NCBI RefSeq assembly: GCF_963921235.1
Contig: NC_086108.1
Location: 1,488,001-1,552,000 of the forward strand
DNA from: Mobula hypostoma
Lineage: Eukaryota
Direction: 5' to 3'
DNA: 64,000 bases
This document shows positions 36,349 through 49,549 of the stretch, in pieces (position 1 is the first letter of the stretch; every line of letters starts with the position of its first letter). The notes under the pieces are model-generated. The model was not told where the DNA came from, did no database searches, and saw only the letters and a program-made list of their open reading frames with translations. The position numbers and the translations under genes are program-made.

Positions 36349-38114
36349 CTATGGAAGGAGCAGAGATTTTCTATAATACATTGGAGCAGAATTAGGCCAT
36401 TCAACCCATCAAGTCTGCTCTGCCATTTCATGACTGACTTATTATCCCTCTCAACCCCATTCCCCTGCCTTCTCCCCGTAACCACTGACACCATTACTAA
36501 TGACTTGTCATGTTAAAGAGACACAGGAGTAGTGTGTCTGGTTTTGCTCTGCAAGGAACCAGCATGAAAGGTCTTGATAGAGTGGATGTTTCCTATAATG
36601 GGCAAGTCCAGAACCCAAGAGCACAGCCTCAGAAGACAAGGAGATCCCTTCAGAACAGGTGAGGAGAAATTTCTTTAGCCAGAGGGTGGTAAATCTGTGG
36701 AATTCATTCCACAGCTGGCAGTGGAGGCAGAGTCATTGGGTGTATTTAAAGAGGTGGTTAATAGGATTTTGATTAGTACGGCAGGGTCAAGAGATTCAAT
36801 TGTTGTTCAGAGCAAATATCAGAATGAGGAAGAAATGTGACCCAAGTGACTTTGACTGTGGAATGGCTAGATGACCATGCCAGCTGGGGTGGTTTGAGGA
36901 TCTCATAAACTGCTGATCTCCTGGGGTTTTCATGCACAACAGCCTCCAGAGTTTACAAAGAATGGTGTGAAAAACAAGAAAAAACACCCAGTGAACAGCA
37001 GTTCTGTGGATGAAAACATCCTGTCAATGGGTTTTATGTTCTCAGTGTTGGCCATAGAGGAATTAAAATATGGAAGAAAACATCGAAGTTGAATGAGGAA
37101 ATATATTGAATATTCAACAGCCTTGTTAATGAGAGAGGTCAGAGGAGAATGGCCAGACTGGTTCAAGCTGACAGGAAGGTGACAGTAACTCAGATACAAC
37201 AGTGGTGTGCAGAAGAGCATTTCTGAACACACGATATGTCAAATTTCGAAGTGGATGGGCTCCAGCAGCACGCTACTAAAATGGCCGCCGAATGCCTGGA
37301 GCTCTGCGCTGTGAGTTTCTCACTGTACCTGTGCATATGCAAATAAACATGACTTTGACATTGAAGAGAGAAATAAAGCACACAGAAACAGGACATTAAC
37401 ACAAAAAGACACAAATCAGTTTAGAAGATGATGTTGTTTAGGCCTCCATCGGCCAGGATTGACCATGGACGTTGCATCCCAGCTGACTAGATACACAAGC
37501 CAGGGTGGTACAATATGGTGAGCAAGCTGTTGCCCGTGCAGCAAACTCCCACTCTCCACACATCTGATGAACCCAAAGGGTCGGCAGAGACCGGTACAGT
37601 TTGGCACCAGGTGTTGCCGGTGTTGAACTCAATGTGGGACTGCCTCAGGGACTCCAGCACCAGATTTCCTCCTTGGGATTTATTCCTGAAGCCTTTCCTC
37701 ATGAGTGGGTATAGCAGGGGTTTGAGATCAGAGATTCTCTTCTCCTAGCTGAGCCGCCAAACACGGCTAACGAGCCCCATCTGCCTGGAGTGACTAGTTT
37801 TAAGGTGCCAGTAACCCACCTTTGCCCCTTCTCCTGTCAGCAGAAACGGGTCTGTAAGGCCAGGTAGCTAAGCCACACAGCTAATGACTCCACGTCATAA
37901 CCCCGAGTAGACAATCCCTTCCCACTCATTTCAGCTTTTTAATCGAGGCTACACGCAGGACGGTGGCACCAAGGATGACATTCAGTGCAGGCCCAGATCT
38001 GCTGGTGGTATTCTGGTGCTGAGGTAAACGTAGACTTGTGCAGTTTGGAGATGGCTTCAAGGGGTGTACCTACAGCAGTAATTGGGACACCAGGACAGGA
38101 ATAACGGGACGTAC

Positions 38115-38219
38115 CTTTCTGCACCTTGTCGCAGAGAAGGAAGAGCTCTTCTCCTCCCGAGCACACCCCGCTGTCTTTGTTCAGGCGACAGATTCGCAGT
38201 TCAGATGTGTTGGTGGCTT
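38115..38219 (-). CDS. relb: RelB-like coding exon (105 nt), start of dimerisation (IPT) domain
   Basis: Acceptor TTGTTACAG|. Encodes (K)[34 protein letters not shown]. Donor G|GTACGT, phase 1 to 1. Confidence 0.94.
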
Positions 38220-38714
38220 CTGTAACAAGAGCAGGCGAGGCGATGAGATGAGACGAGACGGGCACATTCAGCCAACCCCCTACCCACCGAAAATCTGAGT
38301 GCGCAAACAAGCAACGGTCATTGCTTGGTGGGGGTGGAGGGGTGCACGAGTGCAGAGAGAGGGAGGGAGTGATAGAGCTTAGAGGGTGTGAGGGTGGGGA
38401 GGGAGAGAGAGGGGAGTTGTGTGTGGGGGAGAGGGAGGGAGGGAGGGCAGAGAGGGAGAGGTAGTGTGAGGGAGGGAGGGCAGAGAGTGTGGCGGGAGAG
38501 AGGGTAGTGGGGGGGTGGGACAGATAGAGTACAGGGCTGCTCCGAGGGGGAGGGAGGGTGGTGGAGAAGGGACTGAGGGAGTGGGGATGCAGAGGGAGGG
38601 ACTTCATGAAGGGTGGAGGGAGCGAGTGCAGTTATTGGTGCCAGGAGGGACTGGGCTGTGAATTGACCCCGGGACCAACACCGAGAACGAGAATGAGAGG
38701 CTGCAAGGACCTAC

Positions 38715-38840
38715 TCTTGTCGTAAATGGGCTCGGAGAGGACAGGCGTCAGGGCAAAGTACGGCTCCTGGATGAAGGCCTGGAAGCAGAGGCGGACCACA
38801 TTCATGTCGATGTCTTCCAGGTAGTTTAGGGAGTCACCAG
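38715..38840 (-). CDS. relb: RelB-like coding exon (126 nt)
   Basis: Acceptor TTTTCCCCCGACAG|. Encodes (A)GDSLNYLEDIDMNVVRLCFQAFIQEPYFALTPVLSEPIYDK. Donor A|GTAGGT, phase 1 to 1. Confidence 0.92.
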
Positions 38841-41800
38841 CTGTCGGGGGAAAACAAAAACATTCAGAACTCCCATGTGTGGAAACTGGCACGTGGGCAT
38901 CTCCACCAGGGCCAGAACACAGAAAAATGACAGAGTTGAGGACATAGCTCGAAATGCTACAGAAATCTGTTTCCTCTCCATGGTCTATAGTCTTCGCTGC
39001 CTCAATAAAGCAGGCAACGTAATCGAGGAGCCCAGCCACCTTGGACAATGTCTCTTCTCCCGTCCCACAAGGTAGAAGTCACAAAAGCCTGAAAGCACGT
39101 CCCACCAGGCTGAAGGATGGCTCCGACACTGCTGTTAGACAACTACTGAAGATCCCCTAGCATTATAAGATTGACTCTTAACCTCAATCTACATAGATTG
39201 TTTGATTTTACACCTCATTCTCTACCTACACTGCACTTTCTCTGTAGCCGTTACACTCTATACTACGTTACATTTTACTACCTCATGGGATGGTGGGGTG
39301 GAGATGCTTCTCCACCAACAGAGGTGCAAGGTGTTCCTTCTCTCTGCTAGCCTGCAGGTCACCCTTAGGTAAGGTGTAGCACCTGCTTTTGCAACCCCCA
39401 CCCCCCCACCCCAGTCAGGGTCCCATGAAGCCATGGGAGCAGATGGTGCATATCACCAGGTTATGCCCCCACTGACACCAGACAGACAATCTCTGAAGAG
39501 TATTGCTAATGGCTGGGGTCAACCATCTCGTAAAGACGTTGCCCAGAAGAAGGCAATGGCAAACCACTTCTGTAGAAAAATTAGCCAAGAACAATCACGG
39601 TCATGGAAAGACCACGATCGCCCGTGTCATGTGACGCGGCACGTAATGATGATGATTCTACCTTAATGTACTGTGTAATGATTTATCTACATGAATAGGT
39701 TCAAAATACATTATCAAAGAATGTATGAATAAACAACCTTGAGGTTTGTCTGCTTACAGGCAGCCACAAAACAGGAAAACCGAAAGAACCCAATTAAAAT
39801 AAAAGACAGACGCCCAATCCGCAGAGAAAGAAAAAAAACACAAATCATGCAAGCAGTGGAAGCAAGCGACAGCATTCTGAACCAGACCAGGACTGGATGC
39901 AGCTGCATTCCAGCAGTCAACGACAGCAGCCTGACTTAATCGTGCTCAGATGTAGCATGCATCAAACATGCTGGGAGAGATGACCACGTGCCTCCTGGAC
40001 AACATCGTTGTCCTTGGGCCTGGTGGGACATGCTTTCAGACTTCTGCAGCTTCTGCCTGATGGGAGGGGAGAGGAGAGAGAGTGTCCTGGGTGGGTGGGG
40101 TCTTTGACTTTGTTGGCTGCTTTACCGAGACAACAGGAAGCGTAGACGGAGTTTAAGGTTGGGAGGGTGGATCTGTGATGTGCTGAGCTGTGTCTACAAC
40201 TCAGCAGTTTATTTTGTAGAGTGCAGAGCAGTGCCGCACCAAGCCAATGTGCATCAAGAGCGGACACAGTCCATGGAGGTGAGGCTGCTGAGCTACAAAG
40301 CTGAAATCTAAGGGGGGGGGTCTAATACAAGGGTTCCCAACACCTACCATTAACCAAGAGGCTGTGGATCCCAAGGTGGGAACCCCTGATCTGATAAAGA
40401 CCTCTAAAAGGAAGGGGAGCCCGTCCCAGTGGCTCACTTGACATCACAAGATGAAGTGGTGTGTCTGGTCTTTACGTATGACACAGAGCAGTCTGTGGTA
40501 CTGTCTCACTGCTCACTGACCTGGGGTCAGTTCCGAGCTCTGGCTCTTGGCAAAATTTTCTACAGAAATGGTTTGCCATTGCCTTTTTCTGGGCAGTGTC
40601 CCCAGCCATTATCAATACTCTTCAGAGATTGTCTGTCTGGTGTCAGTGGTCGCATTACCAGTACTTGTGATCTGCACCAGCTGCTCATACGACCATCTCC
40701 CATGACTTCACATGACCCTGCTACACATTGCCCAAGGGTGACCTGCCGGCCAGCACCTTACACCTACCGTTTGGTAGGGACACATCTCCAGCCCACCACC
40801 CTGCAACATGGCGCGTAACAAACGAATGATGATGGAATAGCGGAGGAGATGATGGGACTAAAGGACTAATTCTGTTCCCATTTCTTACAGTCTCATCTCC
40901 GTTGCATATTCTCACTCCCACTATTAGGCACTCAATCCTGTCTGCTCCATCCATGCCTTTCAAAGTGAAAATTTCTATTGGGCCTCCCTTCAGCTTCTGC
41001 TCCAGAGAAAACATTAGTTTGCTCTGCCTCTCCTTCACATGTCCAATGTACCCTCTATTGTCAGAGATCCCCTTCTGAACCACAGGCTCCACGTCCTTCT
41101 TCCAACCCGGGGGGGGGGGGCAACCACAACTCCAGAGGCAGCCAGCCGGGTGTTTGTTTACATATTTATTTGTTGAGATACGGCACAGAACCGGCCCCTC
41201 CGGCCATTTGAGCCGCGTTGCCCAGCAATCCAAGCAACACACACAAAATGCTGCAGGAACTCGGCAGGCCAGGCAGCATCTACAGAAAAGAGCAAACAGT
41301 CGATGCTTTGGGCCGAGAACTTTCATCAGGACTGGAAAGGAAGGTGAGCAGTCAGAGCAAGAAGGTGGGGGGAGACAAGGAAGAAGTACAAGGTGGTAGG
41401 TGATAGGAGAAAGGGAGGGGGGAGGGGCAGAAATTGTGATGGGGAGGGGGAGAAACTGGGGGAGGGGGTGAAACTGAGGGGGGAGAAACTGTAGGGGGGA
41501 GGGGGAGAAACTGTGAGGGGGAAGGGGTGAAACAGTGAGGGGGGAGGGGTGTAGAAAAGAGCTGGGAAGTTGATCGGTGCCCCCAACAATCCCCCAGTTT
41601 AATCCGAGCTTAATCACGGGACAATTTATATGACCAGTTAACCTCCCAACTGATGTGTCTTTGGACTGTGGAGGAAACCCACGCAGTCACGGAGAGAACG
41701 TACAAACTCCTTACAGGCAGCGTTGGGAATTGAACCCGGGTCACTGGTACTGTAAAGCATTCTGCTAATTACTCAACCACCTGCCGCTCTTTATAGTGTT

Positions 41801-42354
41801 CTACAACATAACTTCCTGACTCCCAAATGACCAAGGCAAGCATATTGTAGATAATGGACGTTCCTGAGAGTGGTCTCAGGAATGACAGGGTTAGTGAATG
41901 AGGAGCATTTGATGGCTCTGGGCCTGTAGTCACTGGAGGTGAGAAAAAAAAATGGGGGCGGGGGATCTTATTGAAATCTCTCAAATACTGAATGAGACAG
42001 ATGTACAGGTAGATAGAGTGGACATGGAGAGGACGTTTCCTGTAGAGTGGGAATCTAGCACTGGAGAATACAAGGACATTCCTTTAGAACAGGGATGAGG
42101 AGGAATTTCTTTACCCGGAGGGTGGTAAATCTGTAGAATTTGTTGCCACAGATGGCTGCGGAGGCCAAGTCTTTGGGTTTATTTTAAGTGGAGGTTGATG
42201 GGCTCTTGATTAGTCAGGGCATCAAAGGTTATGGGGAGAAGGCAGGAGAATGGGGTTGAGGGGAAGCATACATCAGCCATGATGGAGTGGTGGAGAACAG
42301 TACCCACCCAAGACATCAGGGGCAAAACAAGTGGGCTGAAGTGATGGAGTGTGT

Positions 42355-42600
42355 GGGACTTCCCCATATCCCCCACCTTGCCCCACAAACTGAGATGTTC
42401 CTGAGATGCTATCTCTGATACCAGGGCTTGCATTGTGCTGTGACTCATTTTAAGTCACTGGTTTCTAAACAGACATTAGCACTTCCGCTGAGGGAAACTT
42501 TCTTGCTTTGAGTACAGTTGGCTATCTTTCTAGTTTCACTTTAGCACAGACAGAGTGCAGGAAGTCTGAGCAACAAATCACAGGAAGGTTGTTATACCAC
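42355..42600. promoter_or_regulatory. Candidate intronic enhancer (kB, AP-1, IRF, ETS motifs)
   Basis: GGGACTTCCC 42355, TGACTCA 42441, AGTTTCACTTT 42532, CAGGAAGT 42558. Confidence 0.4.
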
Positions 42601-43029
42601 TTTGTAGCTCAGAAACATGTTCTCCAGCACTCTGGCAACACACAAAAGCATTGCAGGAACTCATCAGGGAAGTGCATAGTCGAGCTTTGGGTGGAGACCT
42701 TTAATGTCTCCAACGTCCTGCCTGACACTGCAGTTACCTGCAGCCTCTTGCCTCCCTCTTCAGCCTCAAGCTCTGCTCCATAGCTGTTCCCAGATTAGAC
42801 ACGTTAATAGCTCTACCTGCTTGTTAATGCAAATATCTAATCAGCCAGTCACGTGGTAGCAACTCAATACATGACAGCATGTCAACATGGCCAACGGGTT
42901 CAGCCCAAACATCAGAATGGGGAAGAAATGTGATCTAAGTTTGACCATGGAATGATTGCTGGTACCAGATGGGGTGGTTTGAGTATCTCAGAAACTGTTG
43001 ACCTCCTGGGATTTCTGAGAGAGACACAC

Positions 43030-44900
43030 AGTTGGGGAGGGGGGAGATCTGGTGAGAGATAGGGCTTGGGGGAGATCCAGAGAGAGACTGGGGGGGAGGG
43101 GGGAGGGAGCGAGGTTCGGAGAGAGACTGGGGGGGGGAGGGGAAGGTGAGGGAGTGAGATCTGGAGGGAGACGGGGGTGAGGTGAGGGAGTGAGATCTGG
43201 AGGGAGACTGGGGGGGTGGGGAAGGTGAGGTCTGGAGGGAGACTGGGGGGGTGGGGGGTGAGGTCTGGAGGGAGACTGGGGGGTGGGGGTGAGTTCTGGA
43301 GGGAGACTGGGGGGGTGGGGGTGAGGTCTGGAGGGAGACTGGGGGGTGGGGAAGGTGAGGGAGTGAGGTCTGGTTGAGACTGGGGGGGTGGGGAAGGTGA
43401 GGGAGTGAGATCTGGAGGGAGACTGGGGGGGTGGGGAAGGTGAGGGAGTGAGGGAGACTGGGGGGTGGGGAAGGTGAGGGAGTGTGGTCTGGAGGGAGAT
43501 GGGGGTGAGGTGAGGGAGTGAGGTCTGGAGAGAGACTGAGGGGGTGGGGGGTGTGGTCTGGAGGGAGACTGGGGGGTGGGGAGTGAGGTCTGGAGGGAGA
43601 CTGGGGGGTGAGGTGAGGGAGTGAGGTCTGGAGAGAGACTGGGGGGTGGGGGGTGTGGTCTGGAGGGAGACTGGGGGGGTGGGGAGTGAGGTCTGGAGGG
43701 AGACTGGGGGGTGGGGAGTGAAGTCTGGAGAGAGACTGGGGGCGTGGGGGGTGAGGTCTGGAGGGAGACTGGGGGGGTGGGGGGTGAGGTCTGGAGGGAG
43801 ACTGGGGAGTGGGGAGTGAAGTCTGGAGAGAGACTGGGGGGGTGGGGGGTGAGGTCTGGAGGGAGACTTGGGGGGTGGGGGGTGAGGTCTGGAGGGAGAC
43901 TGGGGGGGTGGGGAGTGAAGTCTGGAGAGAGACTGGGGGGGTGGGGGGTGTGGTCTGGAGGGAGACTGGGGGGGTGGGGGTGAGGTCTGGAGGGAGACTG
44001 GGGGGTGAGGTGAGGGAGTGAGGTCTGGAGGGAGACTGGGGGGGTGGGGGGTGAGGCCTGGAGGGAGACTGGGGGGGTGAGGGAGTGAGGTCTGGAGAGA
44101 GACTGGGGGGTGAGGTGAGGTCAGGAGGGACACTGGGGGGGTGGGGGGTGAGGTCTGGAGAGAGACTGGGGGGTGAGGTGAGGGAGTGAGGTCAGGAGGG
44201 ACACTGGGGGGTGGGGGGTGAGGTCTGGAGGGAGACTGGGGGGTGAGGTGAGGGAGTGAGGTCTGGAGGGAGACTGGGGGGGTGGGGGGTGAGGTCTGGA
44301 GACAGACTGGGGGGGTGGGGGGTGAGGTCTGGAGGGAGATGGGGGGGTGAGGTCTGGAGGGAGACGGGGGGGGTGAGGTGAGGGAGTGAGGTCTGGAGAG
44401 AGACTGGAGGGGTGGTGGGTGAGGTCTGGTGGGAGACTGGGGGGGTGGGGAGTGAGGTCTGGAGGGAGACTGGGGGGGTGGGGGCTGAGGTCTGGAGAGA
44501 GACTGGAGGGGTGGTGGGTGGGGTCTGGTGGGAGACTGGGGGGTGAGGTGAGAGAGTGAGGTCTGGAGGGCGACTGGGGGGGTGGGGGGTGAGGTCTGGA
44601 GGGAGACTGGGGGGTGGGGGGTGAGGTCTGGAGAGAGACTGGGGGTGAGGTGAGGGGGTGAGGTCTGGAGGGAGACTGGGGGGTGAGGTGAGGGAGTGAG
44701 GTCTGGAGGGAGACTGGGGGGTGAGGTGAGGGAGTGAGGTCTGGAGGGAGACTGGGGGGTGGGGGGTGATGTCTGGAGACAGACTGGGGGGATGAGGTGA
44801 GGGGGTGAGGTCTGGAGGGAGACTGGAGGGTGGGGGGTGAGGTCTGGAGGGATCTGGAGGGTGGGGGGTGAGGTCTGGAGACAGACTGGGGAGGTGGGGA
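43030..44900 (+). repeat. G-rich minisatellite, ~30-35-bp variable unit
   Basis: Repeated GTGAGGTCTGGAGGGAGACTGGGGGG(G)TGGGGG with GTGAG/GGA variants over about 1.9 kb. Confidence 0.95.
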
Positions 44901-45009
44901 GTTGAGGCTCTGCAGTGGTTTGACCAGTCATTTCTTGTGGGGATTTTTCTCCCAGCAGAGGTGAGACTTGACTATCCGGTGAGGACAGGCAGCAAATCAT
45001 CTGCAACTC

Positions 45010-45290
45010 GTTGCAGAGGAATTTCCTGTTTGTGTGCGCCCTGCTCTCGCCATGGTGTTCCTGGGGGCTTTGGCTCGCAGCCACGGCCTATTGGAGAGGC
45101 TTTGTGGTCTCGGAGCCGTTAAATTTAACTCTCTATCTTTGTCACATGGCAACAGAAACCGTTAGAAACCGAAAACAAGTGCGGCCACCTGGCTCCAAAT
45201 CACAAGAGTATTTGCATGCTTTGTTTTATATAAAGTCAAGCTTCAGATGCATAGCGGGAGATGACAAAAAAAAATTGGAAAATCCCCAGG
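45010..45290. promoter_or_regulatory. Candidate intronic enhancer (kB x2, IRF, octamer, RUNX, E-box)
   Basis: GGAATTTCC 45018, TGTGGT 45103, GAAACCGAAA 45165, CACCTG 45186, ATTTGCAT 45210, GGAAAATCCCC 45277 (revcomp GGGGATTTTCC). Confidence 0.45.
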
Positions 45291-47244
45291 AATCTGATTC
45301 CTGTGAAACACTTGTCAGAAACGCAGAATTCTTACTATTGCCATTTCATCTGTTGCTTAAGGTGTCCAGTCTCTCTGATGGTGGTATACTGTGGCTCAGG
45401 GTTTCATATCTGCAGAATGCACTCGTCTGCTCTACACTTTCTTACAATTTATGGTTTTTTTAAAAAAAGTATGCGTTGTATTGTACTGCTACCGCAGACA
45501 ACCAATTTCACTAGATACGCCATAGGATATAGCAGCAAAATTAGGCCATTTGGCCCATTGAGTCTGCTCTGCCATTTCATCATGGCTAATCCAATTTTCC
45601 CCTTAGTCCCAATCTCCTGCTTTCTCCCTGTATTCCTTCATGCCCAGACCAATCAAGAATCTTATCAACCTCGGCCTTAAATATACATAATGACTTGGCC
45701 TCCACACCTGCCTGTAGCAAAGAATTCCACAGATAAACCACTCTCTGGCTAAAGAAATTCTTCATCTCCATTCTAAAAGGACACCCCTCTATTCTGAGGC
45801 TGTGTCCTCTAGGCTTAGACTTTCCTACCATGGATAACGTCCTCTCCACATCCACTCTATGAAGGCCATCCACCATTCGATAGGTTTCACTCACACGCCA
45901 CCCCTGCTGGGATACATACCCTGGTCCCTTAGTAGAAGGAATAAAGATGTTGACTCTTCTAAGTGGGGAGAAAATTCTGAAAGATTGGTGCAAAGGAACT
46001 TGGGAGTTCTCATGCAAGATTCCCTGAAGGTTAACTCGCAGGTTGAGTCAGCACTGAGGAAGACAAATGCGATGTCAACATTTGTTTTGAGAGGACTAGA
46101 ATACAAAAGCAAGGATGTAATACCAAAGCATTGGTCAGACTGCATGGAGTAGTGTGAGAAGCTTCGGGCTCCTTATCTAAGAAAATATGTTCTGGCATTG
46201 GAGAGGGTGCAGAGATTGTTCACGAGAATGATTCTGGGAATGAATGAAGAGTGTTTGATGGCTCTGGCCCTGTTCAGAGGGGGAATCTCATTGACACCGA
46301 ATGGATATTGAAAGGCCTCAACAGAGTGGATGTGAGGAAGATAGTGGAGGAGTCTACGACCAGAGGACACAACCTCAAAATAGAGAGATGTCCATTTAGA
46401 ATGGAGATGAGGAGTTTCTTTAGCCAGAGGGTGATGAATCTGTGGAATTCATTACTACGGATGCTGTGGAGGCCAGGCCATTGGGTCTATATAAAGTGGA
46501 GGTTGATAGGGCATGAAAGGTTATAGGGAAAAGGCAGGAGAATGGGGTTGAGTAGGAAAATAAATCAGCCATGATGGAATGGTGGAGCAGACTTGATGGG
46601 CCAAATGGCCTAATTCTGCTCCTCTAACTTTTGGTCCATCAAGGCTGATTCAGTGTCTTGGAAGGACAACAGTGGTTCGATTTACTGGCTTAACCACACC
46701 TTTCACAAACCTACCAAGTCCTGATGAAGGATCTCGGATCAGAACTGCAGCTGTTATTCCCCTTCATAGACGCTGCCTGACCTGCTGAGTTTCTACAGTA
46801 CGCTGTGTGTATTCCTCGGATTTTCAGCAGCTGCAGAATCTCGTGTTTAAACCTAGCACAGGATCGCATTTCCAGTCCCTGCTGTGACAGAGAGTGTGGC
46901 AGTGGGGTGAGGTGGAGAGAGAGGGAGGAGGGGTATAGAGTGGTGGCAGAGATAGGGAGGGGGAGAGAGAGTGATGGTGGAGAGAGAGAGAAAGACCCTC
47001 CTCAAAGGAGACAATCTGTGGGTTTTACCAACCTGAAATATGAACCACGTCTCTTATTGAATTGATTGCATTCTCCTCATTCAGAAATTCTGAAGTATTT
47101 CACTTTGAATGAGCAGATTGCCCTCACTTTCACATTCTTAAGAAAAAGATCCAGCTGCTACCTTTGCTAAGAAACAGCTTCTCAACCTTTTAACTCGGCC
47201 CGGGAACGCACAGCGCAGCCTTACTGCTCCAAACACCACCTTAC

Positions 47245-47336
47245 CATTGAAAGGGTCGATCCCAAGTTTCAGCCGATGCTCGATGGCCTTTGTGACTTCT
47301 TTTTTCTTCACGCACTGAATGCCAAGGTTAGCGAAG
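47245..47336 (-). CDS. relb: RelB-like coding exon (92 nt), not in ORF track
   Basis: Acceptor TTCCAG|. Encodes (S)[35 protein letters not shown] is RelB-like. Donor G|GTAAGG, phase 2 to 1. Confidence 0.93.
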
Positions 47337-49549
47337 CTGGAATTGAGGAAAGAAAGGATTCATTTACATCATGTGGGAACTGCTGTTCAAACATAGAACA
47401 GTACAGCACAATACAGACCCTTTGGTCCACGATGTTGTACTGACCTTTTAACCTACTGCAAGATCAACTAACCCTTCCCTCCTTCATAACCCTCCACTTT
47501 TCTATCATCCCTCTGCCTATCTAAGAGTCCCTCGAATGTCCCTAATGTACCTGCCTCGACCACTGGTCCTGGCAGAGCGTTCATGCACCCACTCTCTGTG
47601 TGTAGAAGAAAAGGGGCAGGGTGGCACAACACTGTACAGTACAAGTGACCCAGGTTCAATTCCCGTCACTGCCTGTAAGCGGTTAGTACAGTCTCCCCGT
47701 GACCGTGTGGGATTCCTCCCGGTGCTCCAGTTTCTTCCCACAGTCCGATGACCTACCAGTAACGAGGCTGACTGGTCATTGTCCCATGATTAGGCCAGGG
47801 TTAAGTCGAGGGGTTGCTGGGTGACAGAGTGTGAAGGGCCTACTCCACACTGTAACTCAATAAACAAATATCCATCTCTGAAACTCTCCACAGTGCCAGC
47901 ATTTATTAATTGTCTTTATCCTCTCAGGGCATGGCTTCACAATATACGACAGACTGGGATCTGCTTCTCGAGCGGAGAATAAGGAAGCAGGACTGGTATA
48001 CAAAAGATGATGCACTGCAACACAAGCACAATGCTGGAGGAACTCAGCAGGTCAGGCAGCATCTATAGAAATGAATAACGAGTCAACATTTCGGGCCGAG
48101 ACCCTTCTTTGGGACTGAAAAGATAGGGGAAGACTACAGAATAACAAGTTGGAAGGTGATGGGTGAAGCCAGGTGGGTGGGAAAGGTCAAGGGCTGGAGA
48201 GGAAGCAATCTGACAGGAGCGGAGAGTGGACCATTGGAAAAAGGGAAGGAGGAGACGCAGGAGGAGCTGATAGGCAGGTGGGGAGAGATAAGAGCCCAGA
48301 GGAAGAGTGGAAGGAGGAGTGGGGGAATTTTCTTACCGGAAGGAGAAATGGTTATTCATGCCATCAGGTCGGAGGCTACCCAGACGGAATACAAGGCGTT
48401 GCTGGTCCACTCTGAGGGTAGCCTCACCTTGGCACGAGAGGCAGCCTTGGATGGACACATTGGAATGGGAAAGGGAATTGGTATTAAAGTGTTTGACCAT
48501 CGGGAAATCCCGCCTCTGTTGGATGTAGTGGAGGAGCTTGACAAAGCAATCCCCCCATTTATGATGGGTCTCACCGGCTGCATTGGAAGCACCCGATCTA
48601 CTGTTGAGGGTTTATAATCAGAAGCAGATTCATAATCACTGCCAGAGGTTGCGAAATTTGAGGTTTTGTGGCAGCAGTACAATGCAATACATAAAAATTA
48701 CAGTCAAATGTATATTAAAAATGTGTAAAAAGAAAGCAAAACAGCAAGACAGCAAGATAGAGTTCACGGACTGTTCACAGATCTGACGGCAAAGGGGGAG
48801 AGGCTGTTCCTGAATCATTGAGTGTGTGTCTTCAGGCTTCTGGACCTCCTTCCTGACGGTAACAATAAGAACAAGACATGATGGGGGTCCTTAACGATGG
48901 ATGCCTTTTGAAGATGCCCTCGATGTCCTGGATGTTGTGGAGACTAGTGACTATGATGGGCCTGGCTGAGTTTAAAACTTTCTGCAGTTTTTTTCCCGAT
49001 TCTGTACGTATCAGACTTACTGAGGCGTACAGGAATGAGACTGATCAGCTGGTTGACTGGTGTTGCAAAACAACCTTGCACTCAATGTCAGTAAGACCAA
49101 GGAATTGATTCTGGACTTCAGGAAAAGGATGTCAAGGGAACACACAGCAGTCCTCATGGAGGGATCAGAAGTGGAAAGGGTGAGCAGTTTCAAGTTTAAA
49201 TCTAACCTAGGCCTGATGTAATTACAAAGAGTGCATGACAGTAGCTATATTTCATTAGGAGTTTGAGGAGATTTGGTATGTCACCAAAATCTCTTGCAAA
49301 TTTCTACAGATGTACCATGGACAGCATCCTACCTTCAAATCTTTCAGTTTCCCTAGAACCGAGTAATTTCCTAGTAATGGCAAGTTCCCACACTTATGCC
49401 CCCCTAACACCCTTGAACTTCCAGCATACTGTTAGTGGCTTGCACTGTGAAGACTGGTGCAAAATACTTATGCAGTTCATCCGCCATTTCCTTGTCCCTC
49501 ATTACTACCTCTCTGGCATCATTTTCCATTGGGCTGATATCTAACTTTT

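Noticed and set aside
37939..39048. Track ORFs of 222 and 138 aa as complete proteins
   Set aside because: Only the internal 105-nt and 126-nt segments bounded by splice sites are Rel-like; the rest is intron read-through.
40721..41617. 298-aa minus-strand ORF
   Set aside because: A patchwork of SINE, Penelope-like, low-complexity and CR1 remnants.
42988..45084. 698-aa Pro/Ser/Thr-rich ORF as a gene or relb exon
   Set aside because: It is the translation of the C-rich strand of a minisatellite that lacks stop codons. The flanking relb exons join in phase without it.
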